From Candidatus Cloacimonadales bacterium (lineage in GTDB: Bacteria; Cloacimonadota; Cloacimonadia; Cloacimonadales; DAONDQ01), in the NCBI GenBank assembly GCA_963662275.1, contig OY759316.1, positions 2,526,227 through 2,590,226 of the forward strand: DNA of 64,000 nucleotides. Direction: 5' to 3'. The position numbers were made by a program, and so were the translations under genes. Below, one piece after another: positions 48,879-59,001 of this stretch. The first letter of the stretch is position 1, and each line of letters starts with the position of its first letter. The notes below the pieces were generated by a model. It worked only from the letters and a program-made list of their open reading frames with translations. It did no database searches and was not told the DNA's origin.

Positions 48879-51308
48879 TTTATTCCGTTTCTTTAATTTC
48901 TTCTTCTGTTTCTACTATTTCTTCAACGGGTTCAGTAACTTCAGTCTCAACTGTAGCATCAGTTTCAACAACAGGTTCAATTGCTTCTTCTGCTGCTTCA
49001 ACAACAGGTTCAGTGACTTCTTCTGCTGCTTCAACAACAGGTTCAGTGACTTCTTCTGCTGCTTCAACAACGGGTTCTGGTGCTGTTTCTACAACAGGAA
49101 CTTCCTCAACATCTTCTGTATAACCGTAATGTGAAATGATAGCTTCATGTGCTGCTTTTTCCTCTTCAGTTTCTTCGACGATGGTGGGGATGACCTTTTC
49201 TTTTCTGCTATCTTTGCTTCATGAATATTGATGTATTCATCCTGCAAGCGTTTATCCCTGGAAAAGAAGAATGCTTTTACAGAAAGGATCAGTCTGCGAT
49301 TATCCATATCTAATTCAATCACTTTTAAAGGTAATTCTTCACCAAGTTCAAAGGCAAATTCAGGTTTGTCTAATTTGGGAATCGCTAAATGAGAGATTGG
49401 GACAAATCCTTCTACATTTGCTTCACCAATCGGAACATCAACTAAGACACCTTTGGGGATCAGTTTGCTGATTGAACCCTTGACTTCTGAATTCAATGGC
49501 AGGATGGAATCGAGATCAACCCATGGATCATTATGTAGTTGTTTAACTCCCAGAGCGACACGGTGGAGTGTTTTATCCACAGAAAGGACAACTGCTTTGA
49601 TTTCCTGGTTCTTCCTGAATACTTCCTTGGGGTGATAGATACGTTTAGTCCAGGATATATCAGAAATATGAACCAATCCATCAATACCGTCTTCAATCTC
49701 AACAAAGACGCCAAAGTTAGTGATACTCTTAATCTTGCGAGTAAGAAGAGTTCCTTCAGGATAACGTTCTTCAATCGTTAACCACGGATTAGCATCCATC
49801 TGTTTCATACCGAGAGAAATCCTGTGATTTTCTTTATCAACGGCAAGAACAATAGCGCTGATGTTTTCGCCAACACGTACAATCTTGCTGGGATTTGTAA
49901 TTTTCTTTGTCCAGGACATTTCAGATACGTGAACAAGACCTTCAACCCCTGGTTCCAGTTCAATAAAAGCACCGTATTGAGTTACATTCACAACTTTACC
50001 GGTTACTTTATTACCTTCAGGATATTTGATTTCAATATTTTCCCATGGATGTGGTACCAGTTGTTTCAGACCAAGAGAGACACGACCGTTTTCTTCATCA
50101 TATCCGATAACCTTGACTTTGACTTTATCGCCTATATTCAGCATTTCAGAAGGATGATTGATCCTGCCCCAAGACATATCGGTGATGTGAAGTAAACCAT
50201 CAACACCACCCAAATCAATGAATGCACCATAGTTAGTAATGTTTTTTACTTCACCATCAAGTTCAGCATCGATCTGTATCTTTTCCATCAGATTATGTTT
50301 TTTTTCGACTTGTTCCTCTTCCAGTACACGCTTACGAGAAACGATGATATTTCTTCTTTCTTCATCTAGTTTAATGATTTTAAAGGTACTTTCCTTACCA
50401 ATGAACTGATCAAGATTAGGAATAGGTTTCAAGGAGATTTGTGAACCGGGCAGAAAAGCTTCCAGTCCAAGGACTTCAGCAATCATGCCACCCTTCACTC
50501 TGCGACGGAGGATACCGGTCACAGTTTCATTTTTCTTAAACGTTTCACGCATGATAGCAAGATTTGTGAAGAAATCAGCTTTTTTCTTGGATAATTTCAA
50601 TTTACCTTCACCATCTTCGATATCATTAATAAAGACTTTTATTAATGTATTTCTCTCGGGAGTGCCCGAATATGTAAATTCAGATATGGGGATAGCACCT
50701 TCAGATTTAAAACCAATATCAACCAAAACTTCTTTATCTGTAACGCTAATGACAGTACCATCGACAATCTGACCTGGCTTATAGTTTGAGAAGGTTTCCT
50801 CATACAACGCCATCAAATCATCCTGTGCCTTGTCTTTCATGACTTTTGGTTCAGGTTTTTCCTTTTTGACTTTCGGTGCGGGTTTTTCAGCTTCCATCTT
50901 TTCTTCTGCTACAGGTTCCTCAACAACTGGGGAAAGTTCTTCAGTCACATGTGCAGCTTTCTTGGATGCTCTTTTAGGTTTCACAATTTCATCCGATTCT
51001 ACCAATAGTGTTTCTTCATTTTGAAGTACCTCTGGTTCCGATTCTACAATCAGTGCTTCTTTAGCTTGTAGTATTTCGGGTTCCGGTTCAATAATCGGTG
51101 TTTCATCAATTTGCGGTACTTCGGGTTCCGGTTCAATAATCGGTGTTTCATCAATTTGTGGTACTTCGGGTTCCGGTTCTACAACCGATTCCACTACCTC
51201 TTCCATACTTTCTTCAATAGGAGTGGCAGTTTCGATGACCTGTTCTTCTTGCTTGATTTCTTCCTGTGAAGTCTCTTGCAATGTGACGTCGTTTTCATTT
51301 GCTAACAT
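48879..51308 (-). CDS. rpsA: 30S ribosomal protein S1 with long acidic N- and C-terminal extensions (apparent frameshifts in the tail)
   Basis: Six S1 domains (DIGFKSEG, AFLPGSQ, GVDGLLHITDMSW, GVEGLVHVSEMSW, GIDGLVHISDISW, EGFVPIS). ATG 51308 has an AGGAGG RBS. The as-read frame stops at 49089, but an E/V/A/P-rich frame continues to TAA at 48879 just before the terminator. Confidence 0.9.
48964..49077 (-). repeat. 33-bp tandem repeat x3.4 encoding AAEEVTEPVVE in the S1 tail
   Basis: TTCAACAACAGGTTCAGTGACTTCTTCTGCTGC repeated. Confidence 0.9.
51075..51179 (-). repeat. 45-bp tandem repeat x2.3 encoding VPQIDETPIIEPEPE in the S1 N-terminal extension
   Basis: TTCGGGTTCCGGTTCAATAATCGGTGTTTCATCAATTTG(C/T)GGTAC repeated. 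Confidence 0.9.
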
Positions 51309-52191
51309 GATTTTCCTCCTTATACACGGGAATATCTTCGACATTGTTTGCCAGATTTTTTTCCCCAACTAACTCTATAATTCGATTATAGATTTCAATG
51401 ATCAACCAATCAGGAGTAGATGCACCGGCTGTTATACCCATGCGTTTACAATTGCGAAGCCAATCCTGATCGATCTCTTCCGGAATTTCAATGTGATGCG
51501 TTTCAGCATATTCACTGCTGATCCGAGCCAGCATTTTTGTATTAGAGCTGTTTTTGCCACCGATAACGATCATAAGATCGCTATCCTTTGCCAGTTGACG
51601 TGTAGAGTTCTGTCTGATCTCAGTGGCATTACATATAGTATTGAAAACACGTACCTCGGTATATCTTGGCAGTAAGGACATAACCAGCTTTTGCAGTTTT
51701 TCAATATTCTGCGTAGTCTGTGAGATCACTCCAATCTTTGGTCCACCAGTTTCTAGGAATTCTGAAGCTTCAGAAACCACGAAGGCAATTCCCTTCACAT
51801 AAGAACGAACTGCGATAATCTCAGGATGTTCAGCATTCCCCAAGATCAGAACCGGATAACCTTCCTCACTCAGTTGCCTGCCAAGTAGTTGAGTTTTAGC
51901 GACATAAGGACAAGTAGCATCAATCAGAATATGTCCCGCTTCTTCCAAAGAATCCTTTTCTAAAAGCGGTATACCATGAGACCTGATGATTGCCTTACGA
52001 TTGCCTATCTTATCAATGCACTCTGCAACCTTAATTCCTTTCTCACATAACTTTTCCACCATCTGGGGATTGTGAATGAGCGGACCTAGGGTAACAATCT
52101 CAGTATCACCTTCTGCTGCTGATAATGCTATTTGGATGGCTCGTTTCACACCAAAGCAAAAACCGGAATTCCTAGCTAAACGTATAATCAT
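51295..52191 (-). CDS. ispH: 4-hydroxy-3-methylbut-2-enyl diphosphate reductase
   Basis: GFCFGVKRA, IHNP, RSHG, DATCPYV, QTTQ, NTICNAT..RQ, GGKNSSNT, TAGASTP. Confidence 0.95.
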   Translation of the reverse strand: MIIRLARNSGFCFGVKRAIQIALSAAEGDTEIVTLGPLIHNPQMVEKLCEKGIKVAECIDKIGNRKAIIRSHGIPLLEKDSLEEAGHILIDATCPYVAKTQLLGRQLSEEGYPVLILGNAEHPEIIAVRSYVKGIAFVVSEASEFLETGGPKIGVISQTTQNIEKLQKLVMSLLPRYTEVRVFNTICNATEIRQNSTRQLAKDSDLMIVIGGKNSSNTKMLARISSEYAETHHIEIPEEIDQDWLRNCKRMGITAGASTPDWLIIEIYNRIIELVGEKNLANNVEDIPVYKEENHVSK

Positions 52192-52328
52192 TTTCAAAGA
52201 TCACAATGAACAGAATGCATCATGGAAAACAAGAATAATTCACAAGCTGGATATTCCATGAAACCATCCGTATGATATTGTAGTAATTTTTATTCCCAAT
52301 ATCATACATAATAAAAAATATAGCATAT

Positions 52329-53015
52329 TTAACCACAACTATTTTCAATGACTTGCAGAATTTGTACAACCTGCTGTTCTATCGACAAATTCGATGTATC
52401 GATTTCCACAGCATCCTCAGCTTTTCGCAGAGGTGCCAGGGCTCTCTCACTATCGTTTTTATCACGCCAGATGAGTTCCTTTTCTACCTTCCCTAGTTCC
52501 AGGTCTTCACCTTTTTCCTGCGCTTCTAACCATCGTCTCCGGGCACGAGTATGAACATCTGCAATTACAAAGAACTTAAAATCTGCATTCGGAAACACAA
52601 TTGTTCCAATATCGCGTCCATCCATGACAATGCCACCTTCCTGTCCCATACGGCGCTGCAATTCTACCATCTTATCCCTGACTATGCCAATTTGGGAAAT
52701 TGTAGAAGAAAGAGATGTTATGTCTGCTTCACGAATTCGTTCAGTAACATCTTTACCATTCAGGATTAAGCAGTTACCTTTCGGATGATAAACAATTCGG
52801 ATATCAATACCTTCCATCATTTCCTGAAGTGCTCTGATATCATTGAGAGAGATCTGCTCTTCAAGAGCTTTAAGGGCACATGCGCGATACATGGCACCCG
52901 TATCAATATACACGATATGAAGCTTCTGTGCCAGAAGTTTCGCAGTTGTGCTTTTGCCAGAGGCAGCAGGACCATCTATAGCAATAATCAAATTCTTTTT
53001 TATATCATTTATCAT
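52329..53015 (-). CDS. cmk: Cytidylate kinase
   Basis: IAIDGPAASGKST, DTGAMYR, MDGRDIGT.VFP, RD..D..R...PL; typical cmk-ispH-rpsA order. Confidence 0.95.
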   Translation of the reverse strand: MINDIKKNLIIAIDGPAASGKSTTAKLLAQKLHIVYIDTGAMYRACALKALEEQISLNDIRALQEMMEGIDIRIVYHPKGNCLILNGKDVTERIREADITSLSSTISQIGIVRDKMVELQRRMGQEGGIVMDGRDIGTIVFPNADFKFFVIADVHTRARRRWLEAQEKGEDLELGKVEKELIWRDKNDSERALAPLRKAEDAVEIDTSNLSIEQQVVQILQVIENSCG

Positions 53016-53154
53016 AGTAACCTTTACTTGTTTTTTCGATAAATAAGTCAAATCTTTTTTTAGATATTTCATATAATTGAGATATTTAAATAATTTCTGT
53101 CATAAATTACTCAGCAGAAGAGCAGAAAAAAAAGCATCAATTGACAATAAAAAG

Positions 53155-54708
53155 CTACTCCGTTATCGGCTTAAAACTGAATTTAGCATCTTTCAAACTA
53201 AGATAAAATGTCACCTTCCCATTTTTTAGTATGATCTTTTTGCTGTCCTGAACAAATTCATTGCTATAAATGGCTATTAGTTGGTCTAAATAAAGATCAT
53301 ATAAAGATATTTCATTCTCAGTGAGGAGCAGTAGATAATGCTCAAACCGGTATTCTTTACCGGGTAGTTTTTCTTTATATAAGCGACTTCTATATCCTTT
53401 GAAAGAGCCTGTCAAATAAATCTCGGGATCATCAGCTTTCGATAGAAAAGTACCAAATCCTTCAAATTTCCAATATGCATTATGTGTTTTTTGAGAAACT
53501 ACATTCCATATAGTAAGATTCTTTTGTGAAAAAACAGGTCGTATATTAGCTTTCAAATTAAACAAACCTTTAGATAGATCATTGCATGAGATGATTGTTT
53601 GAAAAGACTTCCCATTATCATTAAAAAGCTCATCCAAGTTCAAATCTGTCTTTGAGATAGTTAGTGATTGAATAGCTTCCTCATTCACTGAATATCGTTT
53701 ATATAGTTGGATAAATCGCTTCAACCCATAATGATCAATGAATTCCTTACAAATTAACGCACTTAGTGAATAGGATATGGAAGCATCCTGTTGTTGGAAT
53801 GACTGATTTGCTAATAGAGAATCAAGAGGTATGATATTCATTTCTTTTAACCATTCACCTGATTGAAGCATAACATCAGCAGATCTTCCTCCTCGTCCTC
53901 CAAGATATGTAGCAATCCCCTCCTGCAAGAGGGGGTGTGTGTAAAGTGGAATGGATGACATATTAAAATTCATGATCAAATGAATTAATTCATGGTAATG
54001 ACTGTTAGATGTTGATATAACGGCATCCATAGATAGATCTGAAAGACCTAAAGTATTGAAACCGGTAATTAGTTCAATCTGGTGAGTATCTTTACAAACA
54101 ATATAAATGAGCGGATTATACTTAATACCATAAAAGTGACGCCAGGAAGCGTCTTCGTATGATAACCACTCAGACTGACTTTTATTATCAAAAAATCCGG
54201 CAATCGCTTGCGATTGATCCTTAATGAACATCGATACATGATTCATCGAATAATTGCTCAGCAAAGAAGGGTCGGTTGTGTAAAAAGTAACATAGCCTCG
54301 CTTCAGTTGGATCATATTTCTGGTAAAATAGGTAAGAGGGGATATCATCATGTCATTTTTAAAGAAAAAAGCTTGTTTATATGTAGAATCAGAAGTTGAA
54401 AATAGTAGTTTCGAATAGGGAGCTTCCAAAGCTCTGATTTTGATAGAATAGCCAATCTGATTTGATTTAATCATTTCACGTATCTTAAAATCTATATCAT
54501 GCCCGATTAGTATTTTCCAATCCACACCTTCATATTGAATCCTCAAACGATTAGACTGTGACAGATCTGAAGGATCAAAAAACTTCTCCAGGGACGGACG
54601 GTCATAAATCAATGTTCGAATAAAAGATTCAGCACGTTCTTTTGTCAGTGTTTGTGCTGACAAAGTCGTGATCAGACAAAGGAATACAAAGAGCATTTTA
54701 TATTTCAT
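53155..54708 (-). CDS. Secreted protein with a gluzincin-type zinc-metallopeptidase motif
   Basis: Signal peptide; HELIH (HExxH) followed about 17 aa later by LQEGIA. Confidence 0.6.
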   Translation of the reverse strand: MKYKMLFVFLCLITTLSAQTLTKERAESFIRTLIYDRPSLEKFFDPSDLSQSNRLRIQYEGVDWKILIGHDIDFKIREMIKSNQIGYSIKIRALEAPYSKLLFSTSDSTYKQAFFFKNDMMISPLTYFTRNMIQLKRGYVTFYTTDPSLLSNYSMNHVSMFIKDQSQAIAGFFDNKSQSEWLSYEDASWRHFYGIKYNPLIYIVCKDTHQIELITGFNTLGLSDLSMDAVISTSNSHYHELIHLIMNFNMSSIPLYTHPLLQEGIATYLGGRGGRSADVMLQSGEWLKEMNIIPLDSLLANQSFQQQDASISYSLSALICKEFIDHYGLKRFIQLYKRYSVNEEAIQSLTISKTDLNLDELFNDNGKSFQTIISCNDLSKGLFNLKANIRPVFSQKNLTIWNVVSQKTHNAYWKFEGFGTFLSKADDPEIYLTGSFKGYRSRLYKEKLPGKEYRFEHYLLLLTENEISLYDLYLDQLIAIYSNEFVQDSKKIILKNGKVTFYLSLKDAKFSFKPITE

Positions 54709-55087
54709 ATCTCACCTCAGGAAGTCTCGATTGAAAAATGAATATCGGAGGTATCTATGTCAATTATTAAAATACTGTACAGCATATTTGTATGAATCTT
54801 ACTATCCAAAATGAACTTCAATAACGATTTTCCTTGACTGTTTTCAGTCACGTCGAAGTTCATCGAAAAAATTTACGAGGATATTTATGAATTGGTTCCA
54901 TCGTCTTATGCAAGAAAAACCTTTTCTTGCTTTTTTTTTAAAATACTTGTTTCTTTTCACATTGCTATTCATATCTGTGGCTTTAGCAGCATTGCACAAA
55001 GTAACTGCTCTTGAGAGCAATCCCTTCTTTTATGCTAATTTCTAATAAATCATAAAAATAAATATTCAATCTGAGGAGATAAATAAA

Positions 55088-55318
55088 ATGGAAGAAAAAC
55101 TCATCGCCTTTGTCCGTCATGAATTTTTAGAAGATCCGGATATGGAGATTACTTCTGAAACTAAACTAATATCCAGCGGTTTGATCGATTCATTTTCCCT
55201 TGTATCATTGCAGACCTTTATATCCAAGGAATTCGGGAAAAATATTCCGGCTCCGAAAATCACTGCCCAGAGTTTTGATACCATCAGGCAGATGGTGGAA
55301 ATTATTAATCAATTCTAA
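55088..55318 (+). CDS. Acyl/D-alanyl carrier protein
   Basis: 76-aa acidic protein; GLIDSFSLV phosphopantetheine site; FDTI tail; GGAG RBS. Confidence 0.85.
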   Translation: MEEKLIAFVRHEFLEDPDMEITSETKLISSGLIDSFSLVSLQTFISKEFGKNIPAPKITAQSFDTIRQMVEIINQF

Positions 55319-55320
55319 AG

Positions 55321-56472
55321 ATGTTTACGAACATTCTCTATTTCCCCTTTCTGATTTTCAGTGCGTTCGTTTATTGGTTAATACCAAAGCAGAGATTGCG
55401 AACAGCCTGGTTGGCTCTATGCAGTCTCGCATTCATATCTTACCTTGATATTCATGCTTTATTGGTTGTATGTGGTTTAACCATATTCACATACATGATT
55501 GCTATTTGGATTGAGTCAGGAATCAATAGAAAACTGGCACATCGGACTGGGATTATTGGCTTGATCTGTGTCTTAGGGATTTTCAAATACATTGGATTCC
55601 TGGCAGGTACACTAAATAGCCTGATGAACTTCATGCATCAATTACCAGTATTCAGTATTGAAAAATTGTTCCTTCCCCTAGGTATATCTTATATTGTTTT
55701 CAAGTACATCAGCTATTTAACAGATATCTATTGGGGACTCATTAAAAGAGGAAAATTTCTTGATTTTATATGTTATGGGTCTTTATATACGATTTTCGTA
55801 GCAGGTCCAATAGAACGTTTTGAAAACCTAAAACCTCAATTTGAAGCGGTTGCCTCAAGATTTCGAACTGACGATCTTGCTTATGCTTTCATGAGAATTG
55901 TATTCGGATTGTTTAAAAAACTTGTTTTGGCTGATTGGATAGGGTTTTTTATACATCCGGTTTTTCAGAATAATTCAACATACCCATTGGGAATTAAGAT
56001 TTTAGCGATATTGGGATATTCACTCCAGATATATTTCGATTTTGCCGGATATAGTGATATCGCTATCGGTTCTTCCAGGCTTTTCGGATTACGTATCATG
56101 GAGAATTTCGATAATCCTTATTTATCAACCAGTATCACTCAATTTTGGCGTAAATGGCATATCTCACTCTCAGATTGGATTAGAAATTATCTCTTTTTCC
56201 CACTCTCTCAAAATCGAAGCAATAAAATCTGGCTGACCATATGTGTACCCATTATTGCCATGGCAATTTGTGGTCTATGGCATGGTTCTGCCTGGCACTA
56301 TGTGATTTGGGGTATTTGGCATGGTTCAGGTATCGCAATCTATCAACAATGGAGTCAATTGAAACGCAAATACAAATCACTTTCACGATTGACTAAGACT
56401 CCCTGGTTTAAAACTGCCAGTATCATTTGCACATTTATTTTTGTTACAGTTGGTTGGATGTGGTTTAAATGA
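55321..56472 (+). CDS. MBOAT family O-acyltransferase (AlgI/DltB-like), short form
   Basis: LPLGISY, AGPIER, DFAGYSDIAIG, FWRKWHISLS, GLWHG (catalytic His). Confidence 0.92.
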   Translation: MFTNILYFPFLIFSAFVYWLIPKQRLRTAWLALCSLAFISYLDIHALLVVCGLTIFTYMIAIWIESGINRKLAHRTGIIGLICVLGIFKYIGFLAGTLNSLMNFMHQLPVFSIEKLFLPLGISYIVFKYISYLTDIYWGLIKRGKFLDFICYGSLYTIFVAGPIERFENLKPQFEAVASRFRTDDLAYAFMRIVFGLFKKLVLADWIGFFIHPVFQNNSTYPLGIKILAILGYSLQIYFDFAGYSDIAIGSSRLFGLRIMENFDNPYLSTSITQFWRKWHISLSDWIRNYLFFPLSQNRSNKIWLTICVPIIAMAICGLWHGSAWHYVIWGIWHGSGIAIYQQWSQLKRKYKSLSRLTKTPWFKTASIICTFIFVTVGWMWFK

Positions 56473-57437
56473 AACACTTAATGATTCTTATTTGTGCCTT
56501 AATCGCGGCATTTCTTCTCGTTGAAATGATCACTGTTTTCATTATTGGATATCCTAACCTGGTTCCAGGGAAAAGGAAATACATTATCCATAAATCTCTT
56601 GATGCCTATAATCATCTTGGTTGGCAACCTCCCTATTACAAGTTTTGGAATGTTGAAGGTGGTAATAAATGCTATCATCTGAATAACTTCGGATTACCAG
56701 GTTCTGATATCGGGAAGAATCCTCAAAATATTATTATCCTGGGTTCTTCATTTATTGAAGGTATGCAAGTTCCCAATACCAAAATGGCAACTGCTGTTTT
56801 TGCTGAATTATTGGCTCCTATGCATAAATATAATATCATCAACCTGGGTGCCTCGGGACATGATCCCTATATTTCCTGGTTTCGATTGAATTTCTTCAAA
56901 CGTTGGTTCAGACCGGATTATGTCATTCTGGTTATTGATCCAACCAGTATGGCATATTTTAACCGGCGTTGGGATAATAATCTGAATTTTTCTTCTCCAT
57001 TTATAGAACCAGAGTTAATACCAGAAGCGCAATGGAAAAAATTATTGAATCTGCCTAGAGCTTATTCTGCATTCATCAATCTAGCGATTAATCTATTGAT
57101 GAGTAATGAAGCACCAACTGAAAACATCCCCAGCACTGATAAAACCTCTGCAAAGCAGTCATCATTTGAAGATACTGACATATTTTATCACAAAATCGAT
57201 CAGTGTATTACTCAATATAATCAAGCATATATGGATAAATTCATGGTGGTTTCAATGATTGATGAAAAGAAGATAAATGATAATCTTGATATGCTGTGCC
57301 ATAACAGACACTGTTATTTTGCTTCTGATGATTCAATCCTCGTTGATGCTAATAAGATTAAAAACGGACATTTAAATCTTCGAGGAAATCGCTTATTCGG
57401 CATATTTATGTACAACCAATTCAAATCTCGCTATTAG
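56469..57437 (+). CDS. SGNH/AlgJ-like membrane-anchored acyltransferase/esterase
   Basis: N-terminal TM anchor; ILGSSF block I; NLGASG block II; C-terminal NGHLN; ATGA overlap with the MBOAT gene. Confidence 0.6.
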   Translation: MKHLMILICALIAAFLLVEMITVFIIGYPNLVPGKRKYIIHKSLDAYNHLGWQPPYYKFWNVEGGNKCYHLNNFGLPGSDIGKNPQNIIILGSSFIEGMQVPNTKMATAVFAELLAPMHKYNIINLGASGHDPYISWFRLNFFKRWFRPDYVILVIDPTSMAYFNRRWDNNLNFSSPFIEPELIPEAQWKKLLNLPRAYSAFINLAINLLMSNEAPTENIPSTDKTSAKQSSFEDTDIFYHKIDQCITQYNQAYMDKFMVVSMIDEKKINDNLDMLCHNRHCYFASDDSILVDANKIKNGHLNLRGNRLFGIFMYNQFKSRY

Positions 57438-57565
57438 TTGATTATTTTTGAATTTATGTTACAAAGACTTATGAAATCCAGAACAAGATACAATCGAGTT
57501 TTTGAATATCAAAGAACCAGATTTAACTTGACTAATCAGCCATATTTCAGCTATTAAATCGCAAT

Positions 57566-58996
57566 ATGAATATACTTACCCTACAATACATTGCTTTTTT
57601 TGTTATTTTTACTGTGCTTTATTTTACAGTCCAAAAATCAGGCAGGGTGCAGAATCTGCTGATTCTCATTGCGAATTATGTTTTTTATGCCTTTTGGGAT
57701 TATCGCTTTTGTTTATTGATTCTCGTTTCTGGAATTGTTAATTATTATACAGGTTTATATCTGGCATCCGAGAAGGGAAGCAGACACACCAAACTAGCTA
57801 TCAGCCTATTGGTCATCTATGATCTTGGTTTGCTTTGTTTATTTAAATACCTGGATTTCTTCATCCTGTCATTTACTCATTTCACAAATTCAATGGGACT
57901 TCATCTGCAATGGGGAACGCTGAACCTGATACTACCTTTGGGTATCAGTTTTTTCATATTTCAGAATCTTTCATTCAGTCTTGATATCAAAAATAAAGTC
58001 TATAACCCAAATACGAGTTTGATTTCATATCTAGCCTTTTCTTCCTTCTTTCCACTAATTGTATCTGGTCCAATTGAAAGAGCAAGGCACTTTCTCCCCC
58101 AATTGAATAAGAACCGTTCATTATCAGCTTTGAATATCCAGGAAGGACTCAAACAAATCACAGCAGGTATATTTAAAAAACTGGTGATTGCTGATAATCT
58201 AGCTCCTTTCGTAAATAATGTTTTCGGTCATGTCTCTTCAGCAACTGGTACAGATCTGCTTTGCGCTGCTTTCTTATTTACTATCCAACTCTATACCGAT
58301 TTTTCAGGTTATTCAGATATAGCGATCGGAATCAGTCGTATTTTGGGACTGAAAGTGAAAAGCAATTTCAACTGGCCTTTCTTTTCCAGGGATATTGGGG
58401 AGTTTTGGAGAAGATGGCATATATCCTTATCCGGTTTTTTAAGAGATTATCTCTATACGCCTCTGACATTCAGATTGAGTATTAACCGTAAGAATACTCA
58501 GTTTCTCTTTATCATTCTTACTTTTACCTTATGTGGACTCTGGCATGGGGCAAATTGGACATTTATCGTTTGGGGATTTTTAAATGGGTTGTATTTTTTT
58601 CCGCAAATCTATTTCGGTTTACAAACACCATCTAAAAAAATCGTTGCAGAACAAACCAGGTTTCCATCCGGGAAGGAATTCCTCCAAATCATCACTACTT
58701 TCATCATCGTAATAATGACTTTTGTAGAGTTCAGAACTGCTTCTTTAAATGATACTTGGGATTTTTTCCATCGTATCTTTACATCATCTTATCAATACGC
58801 TTCTGAAGGTTATCTTTTCGTGATTATCAGTTTTATCTATCTTCTTTTTGAATGGACTCAACGAAGAGAAATCCATATTCTTTCTTTGGATAGGTATCCA
58901 CTTATTTGGCGCTTGGGATTGTATTTTACGGCATGTTGTCTGATTGTACTATTTGGTAATTTTGGCAGTAAATCCTTTATCTACGCTAAATTCTAA
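57566..58996 (+). CDS. MBOAT family O-acyltransferase (AlgI-like)
   Basis: LFKYLDFF, LPLGISFF, SGPIER, DFSGYSDIAIG, FWRRWHISLS, GLWHGANW. Confidence 0.93.
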   Translation: MNILTLQYIAFFVIFTVLYFTVQKSGRVQNLLILIANYVFYAFWDYRFCLLILVSGIVNYYTGLYLASEKGSRHTKLAISLLVIYDLGLLCLFKYLDFFILSFTHFTNSMGLHLQWGTLNLILPLGISFFIFQNLSFSLDIKNKVYNPNTSLISYLAFSSFFPLIVSGPIERARHFLPQLNKNRSLSALNIQEGLKQITAGIFKKLVIADNLAPFVNNVFGHVSSATGTDLLCAAFLFTIQLYTDFSGYSDIAIGISRILGLKVKSNFNWPFFSRDIGEFWRRWHISLSGFLRDYLYTPLTFRLSINRKNTQFLFIILTFTLCGLWHGANWTFIVWGFLNGLYFFPQIYFGLQTPSKKIVAEQTRFPSGKEFLQIITTFIIVIMTFVEFRTASLNDTWDFFHRIFTSSYQYASEGYLFVIISFIYLLFEWTQRREIHILSLDRYPLIWRLGLYFTACCLIVLFGNFGSKSFIYAKF

Positions 58997-59001
58997 AGAT
59001 A

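Noticed and set aside
48868-49134. Plus-strand 88-aa Cys/Phe/Asn-rich ORF
   Set aside because: It is the antisense shadow of the 33-bp repeats in the S1 tail.
2905-58485. Many 60-200 aa ORFs antisense to or nested in long genes
   Set aside because: They are shadow ORFs of well-supported genes and show no independent motifs.
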